IMG/VR virus record: IMGVR_UViG_3300028797_000169
Span: 1,286-65,285 of that record
Length of the DNA: 64,000 nucleotides
Origin: a virus
Lineage: Duplodnaviria > Caudoviricetes
Direction: 5' to 3' (one strand)
Shown piece by piece: positions 26,154 to 36,437 of this stretch. Below the pieces are notes generated by a model. That model was not told the origin of the DNA, did not search any database, and saw only the letters and a list, made by a program, of their open reading frames with translations. Positions within the stretch are counted from its first letter, which is position 1; each line of letters begins with the position of its first letter. The position numbers and the translations under genes were made by a program.

Positions 26154-26586
26154 TACATATCCGATTTGGTGGGACAAAACAATTACGATATATAATAAGA
26201 TTACCGCTGATGATGGCAAGGTATCTTGGCAAAGCACGGTAATTTCTGGTTGTTTCTGGAAATACATCAATGAAACCAAGTATGTTGATAATGTTAAAAT
26301 GCAGACCAAAGAGGTTATTTGTAGAATACCTGAGCAAGACAATTATGTGCCATACCTAGAGTGGAAAACACTCGAAGATAAAACAGGTAAGTTTACTCTA
26401 CATACGGGAGATTTTGTTGTATATGGCGAAGTTAATGATGTGATAGACGAGTACACAAAAGGACAACGTGCCTCAGATGTGCTTAATAAGTATCGTGAGG
26501 TTAATCTTGCTTTTCAAATAGAGGTGTTTACAGACAATACGGGTGACGTTCTTAATTCAGAGCATTATCGTTTAGGAGGAATTTGA
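26146..26586 (+). CDS. Head closure / head-tail joining protein
   Basis: TITIYNK...WQSTVISGCFW...FTLHTGDFVVYG...HYRLGG; syntenic position. Confidence 0.7.
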   Translation: MSNTYPIWWDKTITIYNKITADDGKVSWQSTVISGCFWKYINETKYVDNVKMQTKEVICRIPEQDNYVPYLEWKTLEDKTGKFTLHTGDFVVYGEVNDVIDEYTKGQRASDVLNKYREVNLAFQIEVFTDNTGDVLNSEHYRLGGI

Positions 26587-27116
26587 TGGCCAGAAATGTT
26601 GGGTGCATAATTGAAACCCGAAGAGGTTGGAGCCCAAATAAGACACAAGAGGCTTTAATGGCAGCATTAAAGTCCGACGATTTTAAGGTCGAAATAAATC
26701 AAATTTTACTAGATGAGGCAAAAAATAAACGATATATTCCTATAGGTGAAGGCTCGTTAATGCGGGACGGTAAAGCACAAAAGAATGGTGTTAGATACAC
26801 ACTAGCCTATGCACGTTATCAGTATTGGGGTGAGATTTACGGGGATAACTGGATGTGTTATTACTGGCAAAACCATGAACCTGTTGATAAGATGGGCTGG
26901 CGTTCTCCTCCAGGTGAGGGAAGTAAACATCCTACGGGTAGAGCCATAGGCGCCGTAAAAGCAACTTTTTATGACAATTACGGCTTTGAATGGAAATTGG
27001 GTTATAGCAAAAGTACCTCACACGCAGAGTGGTTAAAATATGCGTATGATAACAATAAGAGAAGTATTGGACAAAAGATAACTGCTATGTTAAAAAGGAA
27101 AGTAAAAGAACAATGA
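26586..27116 (+). CDS. Tail completion protein (minor capsid 2-like)
   Basis: YIPIGEGSL...YTLAYARYQYWG...HAEW. Confidence 0.7.
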   Translation: MARNVGCIIETRRGWSPNKTQEALMAALKSDDFKVEINQILLDEAKNKRYIPIGEGSLMRDGKAQKNGVRYTLAYARYQYWGEIYGDNWMCYYWQNHEPVDKMGWRSPPGEGSKHPTGRAIGAVKATFYDNYGFEWKLGYSKSTSHAEWLKYAYDNNKRSIGQKITAMLKRKVKEQ

Positions 27117-27595
27117 CTAAGGTAGATAAGAACAAAGCCATGTTAACATTTTTATCAACGTGCCCCGTTGTTAAAGATAATCCCACATACTTTAATTTCG
27201 CAGATGAAACGGACAATGACACTCAATTTATCACAGAGACCAATGAAGGAAAAAGCACTACACCGTTCATTGATGGAAGTGTTAGACGACAGTTTGTATT
27301 TAGGCTTATTCTTTTCCGTAGTGTTACAAGTAATGAGATTATAGATGAGGGAGAAAATAACGAAAATATAGAGGACCTTGCAGAGTTACAGGAAATTATA
27401 GATTGGATTGAAGAGCAAGAAGATGACCACACATATCCTGAGTTTGGTGATAAAATAGAGATAGATAAGATGGAAACACTATCAGATACCCCTGTGTTTG
27501 AGGGAATAAATTCGGGCGTTAGTCCTGCATTGGCTATGTACTCCATAGCGATAAGGATTGATTATATAGATTACAGTAAAACAATTTGGTCGTAA
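27113..27595 (+). CDS. Tail terminator-like protein
   Basis: FIDGSVRRQFVF...IIDWIEEQE...YSIAIRIDY; directly precedes the tail tube gene. Confidence 0.7.
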   Translation: MTKVDKNKAMLTFLSTCPVVKDNPTYFNFADETDNDTQFITETNEGKSTTPFIDGSVRRQFVFRLILFRSVTSNEIIDEGENNENIEDLAELQEIIDWIEEQEDDHTYPEFGDKIEIDKMETLSDTPVFEGINSGVSPALAMYSIAIRIDYIDYSKTIWS

Positions 27596-27612
27596 GACGA
27601 AAGGAGCAATTT

Positions 27613-28296
27613 ATGGCAGTAAGTAAAACTTTTAATCTTAATGCCGCTACCCACGAAAGGGCGGCTCGTAAGTTACTTATTACTGTTGCAGAGTGGCAGG
27701 ACGCCGCAGGTGAATACTACACTCTCACATTAAGCAAGCCAGGTGATTGGGATACCAACTACACGAGTTACTACACAGAGAGTTCTGGAGTGTACTCCCC
27801 GGTAACAGGCACATCTGCACCTACTTGGTCTGCAAATACTTATTATGCCAGAGTTAATCGTGAATTGCTCGGTAGACGTACAGAGGACTCAAGCATTGAG
27901 TACAACCCTGACCAGGAGACATCTACTGACATTCTTGGTATTAACTATACTGACATCAATAAGACACAGCCTCAGCAGGACTTTGACCCACACCTTATTC
28001 TGGGCGGCGACAAGTTCTCCGAGTTGCTTAATGACATCAGGCGTAGGAATGCTCTTACAGAACTTAGCCAGTTCACAATGTATATCATTACCGCATTTAT
28101 TGGTGATAGTACAAATGGCTATGCGGCTGAAAGGCATGCAAACTGCACGATTAACTACAACTCAATGGGTGGCGACAGTAATGTTAACTTCCCTATTTCT
28201 GTTTACTTCTCCAATGACATCACTCTTGGTACAGTAGACAAGTTAACACCTGATTTCACGTTCTCGGCAGACAGTAACGTAAACGTAGGTGACTAA
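27613..28296 (+). CDS. Major tail (tube) protein with an inserted small domain
   Basis: LGRRTEDSSIEYNPDQETSTDILG...MGGDSNVNFPISVYFSND; followed by a terminator. Confidence 0.85.
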   Translation: MAVSKTFNLNAATHERAARKLLITVAEWQDAAGEYYTLTLSKPGDWDTNYTSYYTESSGVYSPVTGTSAPTWSANTYYARVNRELLGRRTEDSSIEYNPDQETSTDILGINYTDINKTQPQQDFDPHLILGGDKFSELLNDIRRRNALTELSQFTMYIITAFIGDSTNGYAAERHANCTINYNSMGGDSNVNFPISVYFSNDITLGTVDKLTPDFTFSADSNVNVGD

Positions 28297-28306
28297 CGTA
28301 TCTCAT

Positions 28307-28337
28307 AAGGGGAGAGGGATGTTCCCCTCCCCTTTTT
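28307..28337 (+). terminator. Rho-independent terminator after the major tail gene
   Basis: GGGGAGAGGGA-TGT-TCCCCTCCCC followed by T5. Confidence 0.8.
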
Positions 28338-28357
28338 ATTAAATGGAGGACTCTTAA

Positions 28358-28831
28358 ATGGACGAAAAAGAAATCAAGACAATTGACCTGTCAATGACAA
28401 ATAAAACACGTTTTTCTGTAAATAATGACCCTGACAGAGTAATCTGGTTAAATCTTTCTGATATGGGAATCGTATCAAGGTTAGCAGACGTTGAGCCTAA
28501 GTTACAGGAACTACTTACTGAGGCGCAATCTAAGATTGAGGGTATTTCTGATGAGGATAGTTCAGAGGCGGTTGTAAAACTTGGTGAGGCGCTGAAGGAA
28601 ATCGACCAGAAAATGCGTGCCTTAATAGATGAGATATTTGGTGATGGTGTTTCTAAGGTGTGTGCTCCTGAAGGAACTATGTACGATATGTTTAATGGAA
28701 CATTTAGATATGAGTATATCATTGAGGCACTTATCGGATTATATTCCGAGAACATTAATAAAGAATATACGGCACTTAAAGATAGGACGGCTAAATATAC
28801 AAAGAAGTACAGTAGGAAAAGCAAGAAGTAA
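28358..28831 (+). CDS. Tail assembly chaperone
   Basis: LNLSDMGIVSRL...IDEIFGDGVSKV; lies between the tube and TMP genes. Confidence 0.75.
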   Translation: MDEKEIKTIDLSMTNKTRFSVNNDPDRVIWLNLSDMGIVSRLADVEPKLQELLTEAQSKIEGISDEDSSEAVVKLGEALKEIDQKMRALIDEIFGDGVSKVCAPEGTMYDMFNGTFRYEYIIEALIGLYSENINKEYTALKDRTAKYTKKYSRKSKK

Positions 28832-29424
28832 TGTTTGATTTACCTAAGGTATTAACAGTAAATAATCGTGAGTATGCTATCCGAAGGTCTGGTGACTTTC
28901 GGATAGTCTTAGATTGTTTTGAAGTTTTAAATGATACGGAATTAAGCCAATCAGAAAGAATATTAGTGGCAATTTATATATTTTATGAGGATTTTGCCGA
29001 ATTTGATGATATACTTAAAGTAAAGGAAGACGAACTAATAAATCTGGTTGAGGCGATGTTTGATTTTATTTCTTGCGGGGCAGATAATAATGCGTCTAAG
29101 ACCAACTATAAGGCGCTAGATTGGAAACAAGATGAACAACTTATCTGTTCCGCAATAAATAAAGTAGCAGGAACTGAGGTTCGTGCATTACCTTATCTGC
29201 ATTGGTGGACATTTATGGGATATTTCTCCGCAATAGGAGAGTCTGCACTATCTACCATAGTCAGTATAAGGACAAAGATGGTAAAAGGAAAGAAACTTGA
29301 GAAGTACGAGAATGAGTTTGTTCGGGATAATCCGCAATACTTTAATTGGGACTCACGTACTGAGGAACAAAAAGAAGAAGATGAGTGGATTAGGAAAATA
29401 TGGACCGGTGAGGAGGTGCCATAA
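28831..29424 (+). CDS. Gp15-like tail assembly chaperone (A118 family)
   Basis: DFRIVLD...DWKQDEQLICSAINKV...YLHWWTFMGYF...SIR. Confidence 0.85.
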   Translation: MFDLPKVLTVNNREYAIRRSGDFRIVLDCFEVLNDTELSQSERILVAIYIFYEDFAEFDDILKVKEDELINLVEAMFDFISCGADNNASKTNYKALDWKQDEQLICSAINKVAGTEVRALPYLHWWTFMGYFSAIGESALSTIVSIRTKMVKGKKLEKYENEFVRDNPQYFNWDSRTEEQKEEDEWIRKIWTGEEVP

Positions 29425-32400
29425 ATGCCAGGTAATGACGGCTTTAATGTAAATGTAAAAACCACAGTAGAGGGTTTAGACGAACTTAAAAAAGCCATAG
29501 CAGATTTTGAGGCGTTTAAAAAGACTATTGATTTATCGGACAGGTCTATTAAAGATTTTGTTAAAGAGGGTGATAGCGCCGCAAGAACTTTAAGAGACAT
29601 TGAACGGGCCTCTCAAAAAGTACAAACTCCAGAGTTTGCTTCTTGGAGTAAAAAGTGGCATGACCAGATACCAGAAATTAAAAAATATAAGACAGAACTT
29701 GATACACTCGCGGTAAAATTAAGCAAGATTGCGGTTGACCCGGAAACAGGCAAAGCAATAGATAAAAATTTACAACCCACCTTAGATAAGTTAAATAAGT
29801 CTTATGGTGAATTAACCGCCCAAATTCATCTGGCAAGACAGGTGCAAAATGAATTTGGTCGTGAAATGGGAAAGTTGCGTTCTGACGGCAAAGAGTTTAT
29901 GCCTATTGACTATGACGCACTTAGCGAAAAAGCCAAAAATGCCAAAGTGGTTGTAACAGACACACAAACAAAAATAACAAACACATTAGAGGCTCAGGCC
30001 GCTGCACAGAAAAAAGCACAAGAGGCAGCCGCGGCAGCCGCACACACTCAAAAAAGTGCATATAAAAGTATTGATGATACTTTGTGGAATACGCAAAGAA
30101 AACTTAACGACTTAACCTTTGACGCCAAAAGAATGTCTAGTGACTTATCAAAGGCAAAAGATGTTTTATCTCGTGGTGGAAAAATAGATGGTTCTGATGT
30201 TGAGCAATACAATGATAAACTTAATGATTTGGTGAAAGGCTCTGAGGATGCTGCCAAAACCATTGATGAAGTGACGCGCAAGATTAGTGAGTTACACTTT
30301 TCTGGCGCATTGCCAGAAGATATATTTAAGCACCTGTCTAGTGAACTTATAAAAGCAAAAGATGGTGCAGAATTATTAGGACATTATTTATCAGAGATTA
30401 CTCCAAAGGGCGAAGAAACTTTTGGACCTATTATAGAGCAACTAAATGAGATAAAGGCAGTTCAAGAACAAATAAATAGTCTGGATATGGCTAAAGCAAT
30501 TGCCTTTGATGATAAGGGCACGATTGATACGTATAATGGTTTAGTTAATAATATTAACCAACTTATTGAAAAACTCGAAGAAACTGTTTATGTGGAAAAT
30601 ACCACTATTGCGACTAACAAGAACTTACAAGTTAGTTGGTTAATGGTAGACCAAACAATTGACGCAATTAAAGATGGACTTGAACAGTTAAGAGGTAGTA
30701 CGGCTGTACCTCCTGAATTGGACGCTGAATACCAAAATCTTAACAGATTGTTAGAGGCTTTAAAGTTAAAGTCTAAGGAATATTTGAACGAAACAAGGAA
30801 ATCCCTTGGTATTGAAACAAAGAGCGCAAAGAGTAAACGTGAATTAGCACATCAGGTAAAGTCTTTATCTGATGGATTAAACGACGCAAAGAAAAATATG
30901 TCAAAACTTGGTGACGCGGTTTCTGGTGTTACAAAGAGCATTAAGTCCAAAATGACTCACGGACTTAAATCAATAATGAAATACGTTCTCGGTTTTAGGT
31001 CATTGTTCTTCTTAGTTCGTAAACTTCGTTCCGCAATAAAAGAAGGATTAGAGAACTTAGTACAATTTGATAGTGCTAATAACGAGACTAATAAGTCCAT
31101 ATCTGAACTCAGGTCTTCCTTACTGTTTGTAAAGAATGCCTGGGCGGCCGCATTTGCTCCTATTATAAACTATGTAATGCCATTACTTACTTCGCTTATT
31201 GATACATTAGCACAAGTTGGTAATGCCATTGCTAGGTTCTTTGCGCAATTAACAGGACAAGCAACTGTATTACAGGCTGTAAAGGTTGATATGGGAGACT
31301 ACGCAGACAGTTTAAAGAAAACAGGTTCTGCGGCAGGTGGTGCGGCTAAAAAGGCAAAGGACTTGCACGATAGACTTGCTCCGTTTGATGATTTACAGGT
31401 TCTTGGCGTTGATAAAGATAAAGACACTTCTGGCTCAGGCGGAGGCGGCGGTGGTCTTGATGATATGTTGCCAGACCCTAATGAGATGTTTAAACGTATT
31501 CAGACAGAAAGTAATTTGGCTGATATGATTAAAGAGGCTTGGAAAAATCAAGACTTCTCAGGATTAGGTAAACTTGCTGGTGAAAAAATAAGAGACTCCT
31601 TTAACAGTATTAACTGGGCAGATATTAGAGAAAATGTATCTAAGGGAATTTCTAGTGTTACGTCCTTCATAAATGGATTTATACAGTCACCTGGATTATT
31701 TGCGTCTGCGGGTAGAACAATGGCAGATGGCTTAAACACCTTAACTGGCGCTATTAAGCAGTTCTTTACCGAGATAGACTTCTTTAACAACGCAAAGTCT
31801 GTGGGCGAAGGATTTACTTCATTTTTTACTAACTTAGATATTGGACAACTTGCTGGTGCGCTCTCTAGTGTTCTTAAAAGTCTTCCTGATACGATTTCAG
31901 GGTTTCTTGATGGCGTAAATTGGAAGTCATTAGGAAAAAGTTTATATAAAGGAATAAAATCTTTTATTACAAACTTTGATTTTGCAGGTTTAAATAAGAG
32001 TCTAGGTAAGGTAGTCGGATATATAATAAAAGCGATTGCCGACCTGGCGGTAGGAATAGGCGAAGAGTTAATAAAAGACTTACAGGCATATTTTGAAGAA
32101 CATTCAGTAGAGGAAATTTTCAAAGATATTTTCAGGTTCTTAACTGGCGATACATTACTTAACTGGATGATGAATAATTCAGGTTTCCCGTTTGCTGAAG
32201 GCATATTAGAGGCGCTTGGTGCAAGTAAGTCTGACCTTGAAAAGGCAACATCTTCAATTCGTGACACGTTAACACATCCGTTCACGTTAGCGATTGAAAA
32301 GATAAAAGAAGTATTTACAGGAATAGGTGAATGGTTTAATGACCACGTTATACAACCCATTGTTAACTTCTTTAAACCGATAGTAAATACAGTAAGTACG

Positions 32401-33189
32401 ATTTTTAAGACAATGCTGGCAATAATCGTAGGTATCTGGATAACCGCGGCTGATTGGTTTAACGAAACTGTTGTTCAACCTATAATTGAGTTCTTTGCTC
32501 CGATAGTGGATAAGGTATCTGAATTTTTCTCTAAATTATGGGAGGGAATTAAGAGTATCTGGATAAAAGTGTCTGACTGGTTTAACGAGAATGTCATTAG
32601 CCCGGTTGTGGACTTTTTTAAAGGCGTATATGATAAAGCATACAAATATTTTTCTGATTTGTGGTCTGATATTTGTGATGTTTGGGAGGCTGCAAGTAGT
32701 TGGTTTGATGAACACGTTATAAGTCCTATTGTTAAACTGTTTGATGGAATCGCCGCAGCAGTTAAAGACTCCTTCAATGATGTTCTTGGAGTTGTTGAGA
32801 AATTGCTCAATAAGATTTTACAAGGACTCAATAGTTTTATTGATAAACTCAATACTTGGGGTAAGACAGGTGCCGAGGCCCTTGGCTTTGAATATACTAA
32901 CATACCTAATTTCAAGGAAATAACAATTCCTAGATTGGCTAAGGGTGCTGTTATCCCGCCTAACAAAGAGTTCCTTGCTGTGCTCGGTGACCAGAAGAGT
33001 GGCACAAACATTGAGGCACCTCTTGATACAATAGTAGACGCATTTAGAGAGGTTATGGGAAGCCTGCAGGTAGAGACAGGAAATCAGTCTATGGTAGTAG
33101 ATGGTCAAGTATTTGCAAGACTTATGACACCTTATATTGTTAGTGAACTTGGTAGATTAGGTTACAACATAAAGATATTGGAGGCTTGA
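29425..33189 (+). CDS. Tape measure protein
   Basis: 1254 aa, helical; W/F-periodic repeats (GEWFNDHVIQPI, SDWFNENVISPV); C-terminal IPRLAKGAVIPPNKEFLAVLGD. Confidence 0.95.
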   Translation: MPGNDGFNVNVKTTVEGLDELKKAIADFEAFKKTIDLSDRSIKDFVKEGDSAARTLRDIERASQKVQTPEFASWSKKWHDQIPEIKKYKTELDTLAVKLSKIAVDPETGKAIDKNLQPTLDKLNKSYGELTAQIHLARQVQNEFGREMGKLRSDGKEFMPIDYDALSEKAKNAKVVVTDTQTKITNTLEAQAAAQKKAQEAAAAAAHTQKSAYKSIDDTLWNTQRKLNDLTFDAKRMSSDLSKAKDVLSRGGKIDGSDVEQYNDKLNDLVKGSEDAAKTIDEVTRKISELHFSGALPEDIFKHLSSELIKAKDGAELLGHYLSEITPKGEETFGPIIEQLNEIKAVQEQINSLDMAKAIAFDDKGTIDTYNGLVNNINQLIEKLEETVYVENTTIATNKNLQVSWLMVDQTIDAIKDGLEQLRGSTAVPPELDAEYQNLNRLLEALKLKSKEYLNETRKSLGIETKSAKSKRELAHQVKSLSDGLNDAKKNMSKLGDAVSGVTKSIKSKMTHGLKSIMKYVLGFRSLFFLVRKLRSAIKEGLENLVQFDSANNETNKSISELRSSLLFVKNAWAAAFAPIINYVMPLLTSLIDTLAQVGNAIARFFAQLTGQATVLQAVKVDMGDYADSLKKTGSAAGGAAKKAKDLHDRLAPFDDLQVLGVDKDKDTSGSGGGGGGLDDMLPDPNEMFKRIQTESNLADMIKEAWKNQDFSGLGKLAGEKIRDSFNSINWADIRENVSKGISSVTSFINGFIQSPGLFASAGRTMADGLNTLTGAIKQFFTEIDFFNNAKSVGEGFTSFFTNLDIGQLAGALSSVLKSLPDTISGFLDGVNWKSLGKSLYKGIKSFITNFDFAGLNKSLGKVVGYIIKAIADLAVGIGEELIKDLQAYFEEHSVEEIFKDIFRFLTGDTLLNWMMNNSGFPFAEGILEALGASKSDLEKATSSIRDTLTHPFTLAIEKIKEVFTGIGEWFNDHVIQPIVNFFKPIVNTVSTIFKTMLAIIVGIWITAADWFNETVVQPIIEFFAPIVDKVSEFFSKLWEGIKSIWIKVSDWFNENVISPVVDFFKGVYDKAYKYFSDLWSDICDVWEAASSWFDEHVISPIVKLFDGIAAAVKDSFNDVLGVVEKLLNKILQGLNSFIDKLNTWGKTGAEALGFEYTNIPNFKEITIPRLAKGAVIPPNKEFLAVLGDQKSGTNIEAPLDTIVDAFREVMGSLQVETGNQSMVVDGQVFARLMTPYIVSELGRLGYNIKILEA

Positions 33190-33190
33190 T

Positions 33191-33571
33191 ATGGGCAAGT
33201 ATCTTATAATTGATGGTATAGAATATCCTGTCGGTATTATTGAGATGAAACGTAAGGGTGATATACTTGATAAGACGGCTAACCGTACAGAAGATGGTGA
33301 TTTGCATAGAGAAGTAATAGGCACTTACTATAACTTCTCTTTGGAAATCCGCCCAGGAAATGATACAGCACTTTATGACAGGTTATTTTGGGTGCTTACC
33401 GAACCTGTGCCGTTTCACGAAGTACAATTACCAGGACAAAATGAGCCCGCTAAGATGTATTTTGGTAGTGTTCAGGATAAAGTATCATATACAGATGGAG
33501 AAACAACGCATTATGCGAAACTCACTTGTAATGTAGTATGTAAACTTCCTTCGAGGTATGCAAATGGCTAA
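33191..33571 (+). CDS. Distal tail protein
   Basis: RTEDGDLHREVIGTYYNFSL; follows the TMP gene. Confidence 0.75.
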   Translation: MGKYLIIDGIEYPVGIIEMKRKGDILDKTANRTEDGDLHREVIGTYYNFSLEIRPGNDTALYDRLFWVLTEPVPFHEVQLPGQNEPAKMYFGSVQDKVSYTDGETTHYAKLTCNVVCKLPSRYANG

Positions 33572-35312
33572 TTATACTAATTTTTATGTTGACTATGCTT
33601 TGGACAATGACGACGCGCAGGACGACGCAACGATAAGCGCCACAGGTGCAGGTAACTTATCAAACTTATCGTCATTACCAGAGGGATTAGAAATCAATAA
33701 TGCTTTTTCTAAAGAGCATAATTTTGTTGTGCTTGATGGCTCATATGACGAAATAGATGGCTTGTTTGGATTTATTAGTGCCAACAAGAGTGATAGTACA
33801 GGACACTTTGCCACCAATCCTATGATTACGGCTACATTTTCCTCACAACATACTTCCTATGTGTTATCTCTTAAATTTGTAGAGGACGCACCGACACAGA
33901 TAGAGGTTAAGTGGTATCTTGGAACAGCAGTTATGTACGGTATGATAAAGGAAATAAACCCTAATGACACCGTCTGTGAGATACAGTATCCTATCGAGGC
34001 GTACGATAAGATTACGATAGAGTTTTTAGAGGCATTACCTGATAGATATATTAAACTTGAACGCATAGAGTTTGGTACAACAATGCATTGGGACGAAACT
34101 ATTGTTAAGAGCGCAACAATGGTAAAAGGCTGCGACAGGCTTTCTAATATGCTTTCCGTTGACACACTTACGTTTGAATTGGTCGATACATCTAACTCAA
34201 TGAACTTTGGTAACCCTAAAGGACTTCATACGTTACTTAAAAGAAATCAGGCTATGTATCCTTATGAAGTTCTTGATGGGCAGATACTTCCACTTGGCAA
34301 ATTTTATCTCAATACTTTTACAACCGAAGGAAATGTTGGCAAAGTACAAGCAACATCTTTTCTAGGTGTTATGGATAAAATACATTACAAAGGTTCACAG
34401 AGTACATCATCAATAAGTTATTTAATAGAGGATATTTTTCTTACTGCAGGATTAACTTCAGATGATTATGAAATTGACGAAGAAACTTTACACCAATTTG
34501 TTTATGGTGTAATTAAGCCAATGAGTTGTCGTGAGGCATTAAGAGAGGTTTTATTTGCTTGTCATTCTGTTATTGATACTAGTAATCCAAATAAAATAAA
34601 AATTTATAAATATTCAGACACCGTTATTACGGGATTAGACAGGTCTAATAAAATTTTTACAAAAGTATGTGGCACAGAACCTGTAACTGGGGTGAGGTTA
34701 AATTATTCTACTTATAGGCAGTCAGAGGAACTTACCACGCTAGTCAATGATGTGTACAATAAGGGTGTATATACTGTTATATTTGATAAACTTTATTATT
34801 ATGGCACCTATGTGGAGCCTAATTATAGGGTTATAAACAACTCGGCTAGTTGTGTAACATTTGAAGTATTGGCAGACGCGGTAACAGTAACTATTCGTGG
34901 GTATGAAACGATAGAAACACAAAAAAGCGTGGTTATTAAACGTGAGCCTGCTGATGGTGAGTTAGAAAAGATAGAGGAGTATAACACTACACTATGTAAC
35001 GATACCTCCGCAAGAGCATTGGCACAAACAATATACGAGTATCACAACAGCACAAACCTGTCATTACAGGTTCAGCATTATGCGACAGAAATTAGTATGG
35101 ATTACTCAAGATATGTGGAAAACCCGGTTCAAGACTTAGATGGTTTTGTGTCAATGTTTACGCAAAGAACCTTTAATCTTACAGGGGGTTTTGTTGATAC
35201 GGCGCAGATGATTGGCAAGTTTAACGTTGCAGACAGATACTACTTTACAGGTAGAGAGGACACTAACTCAACTATTGAACTTTACGCAGGCGAGGGCACA
35301 GAGATTATATGA
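33564..35312 (+). CDS. Tail hub / baseplate (Tal-like) protein
   Basis: 582 aa; LGKFYL, SCREALREVLFAC; follows the distal tail gene. Confidence 0.75.
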   Translation: MANYTNFYVDYALDNDDAQDDATISATGAGNLSNLSSLPEGLEINNAFSKEHNFVVLDGSYDEIDGLFGFISANKSDSTGHFATNPMITATFSSQHTSYVLSLKFVEDAPTQIEVKWYLGTAVMYGMIKEINPNDTVCEIQYPIEAYDKITIEFLEALPDRYIKLERIEFGTTMHWDETIVKSATMVKGCDRLSNMLSVDTLTFELVDTSNSMNFGNPKGLHTLLKRNQAMYPYEVLDGQILPLGKFYLNTFTTEGNVGKVQATSFLGVMDKIHYKGSQSTSSISYLIEDIFLTAGLTSDDYEIDEETLHQFVYGVIKPMSCREALREVLFACHSVIDTSNPNKIKIYKYSDTVITGLDRSNKIFTKVCGTEPVTGVRLNYSTYRQSEELTTLVNDVYNKGVYTVIFDKLYYYGTYVEPNYRVINNSASCVTFEVLADAVTVTIRGYETIETQKSVVIKREPADGELEKIEEYNTTLCNDTSARALAQTIYEYHNSTNLSLQVQHYATEISMDYSRYVENPVQDLDGFVSMFTQRTFNLTGGFVDTAQMIGKFNVADRYYFTGREDTNSTIELYAGEGTEII

Positions 35313-35533
35313 GAATATACAACTTTATAAAGCCTGAACTTGATTACTTCCGTGAGAACTGTAATTTCTCTGAGGATGAAATGACGTTCTTTAATTATCG
35401 GGCGCAGCATTATAGCCATCACGAAATAGCCGTGAAAATGATTTGTAGTCAAGGTAAAGTTGCTAGATTGGCAACAAGTGTAAAAGCAAAGATACGAAGG
35501 GTTAAACTCCCTGGAACAGAAAATCTTGAGTAG
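35309..35533 (+). CDS. Small HTH DNA-binding protein (LuxR/sigma region-4-like)
   Basis: NFSEDEMTFFNYRAQHYSHHEIAVKMICSQGKVARLATSVKAKI. Confidence 0.7.
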   Translation: MRIYNFIKPELDYFRENCNFSEDEMTFFNYRAQHYSHHEIAVKMICSQGKVARLATSVKAKIRRVKLPGTENLE

Positions 35534-35577
35534 AAAAGTAGTAGATTTTTAGTAGTTTTATAGTAGTTTTTTAGTAG
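35529..35577 (+). repeat. Five AGTAG direct repeats at exact 11-bp spacing
   Basis: AGTAG at 35529, 35540, 35551, 35562 and 35573. Confidence 0.85.
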
Positions 35578-35580
35578 AAA

Positions 35581-35618
35581 AATAGCGCATTTGTAGCAGT
35601 ACAGGTGCGCTATTTTTG
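35581..35618 (+). terminator. Terminator-like hairpin ending the tail operon
   Basis: AATAGCGCATTT / AGGTGCGCTATT followed by a T run. Confidence 0.7.
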
Positions 35619-35656
35619 TTACACTTGCAAACATATGAACAGAAAGTGAGGTTTAT

Positions 35657-36037
35657 ATGTTTATTTTTAGAAATCCTAATCCTTGCAAGACGCTTGTGGG
35701 CGATTGTGTTATTAGAGCAATATCAATAGCCGAAAACACAAACTGGGAAGATGTGTTTGTATCTCTTTGTGCCAAAGGTTTTGAAATGTGTGATATGCCA
35801 TCTTCTAATGATGTTTGGGGAGAATATCTTAAAGATAAAGGCTATCACAGATATATTTTACCAACAACGTGTGGTGCTTGTTATTCCGTGGAAGACTTTT
35901 GTGACGAGTATCCAGATGGGTTATATATCCTAGCAACAGGCACCCACGTTATTACAGTAATAGACGGAGACCACTACGATACGTGGAACTCTAAAGATGA
36001 AACGCCGATATATTATTGGCAGAAGGAGGCTATCTAA
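35657..36037 (+). CDS. Putative papain-fold cysteine peptidase-like protein
   Basis: GDCVIRAI (Cys), THVITV (His), YDTWNS (Asp) in triad order. Confidence 0.55.
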   Translation: MFIFRNPNPCKTLVGDCVIRAISIAENTNWEDVFVSLCAKGFEMCDMPSSNDVWGEYLKDKGYHRYILPTTCGACYSVEDFCDEYPDGLYILATGTHVITVIDGDHYDTWNSKDETPIYYWQKEAI

Positions 36038-36429
36038 TGGCTTATAATTATTTTCCGATGAACTATCAACCCCTTCAATTTGCACAGCAACAGTATCAAC
36101 CTGTGGCACAAGCACAGAGCAATACAGGTATTATTTGGGTACAAGGTGAGGCAGGCGCTAAAGCATATCCTGTAGCGGCTGGTAATTCTGTGTTGCTTAT
36201 GGATAGTGAAGGTTCTTACTTTTACATTAAGACAACGGACAGTAGTGGAATACCTCAGCCCATTCGTAAGTTTACATATACTGAGGAAACAGGCAAAAAA
36301 GAAGTTGCGCCCGTTGTTCAACAAATAGATACATCTAACTTTATAACAAGGGAAGAGTTTGAGGAACGTTTCGCTAAACTTACTGAACCCGTAAAAGAAA
36401 CAGTTAAACCTGCTCCGCAAAAGAAATGA
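36037..36429 (+). CDS. Q/Y-rich protein with conserved WVQGEAGAK domain
   Basis: Low-complexity N-terminus, then IIWVQGEAGAKAYPVAAGNSVLLMDSE...FYIKTTD. Confidence 0.75.
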   Translation: MAYNYFPMNYQPLQFAQQQYQPVAQAQSNTGIIWVQGEAGAKAYPVAAGNSVLLMDSEGSYFYIKTTDSSGIPQPIRKFTYTEETGKKEVAPVVQQIDTSNFITREEFEERFAKLTEPVKETVKPAPQKK

Positions 36430-36437
36430 GGTAAGTT

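Noticed and set aside
28358-29424. Programmed -1 frameshift between the tail chaperones
   Set aside because: No obvious slippery heptamer near the end of the first gene; the second gene has its own ATG overlapping the stop
31548-33011. Long minus-strand ORFs (270 aa and 178 aa) within the tape measure gene
   Set aside because: Typical antisense shadows of a long biased CDS
35309-35533. Calling the HTH protein a Spo0A or sporulation sigma-factor homologue
   Set aside because: Only a generic LuxR/region-4-like HTH pattern is visible; no diagnostic motif
35529-35577. CRISPR array interpretation of this repeat, or of the one at 10314-10376
   Set aside because: Repeat units are 5-8 bp with 11-bp periodicity and no unique 25-45-bp spacers
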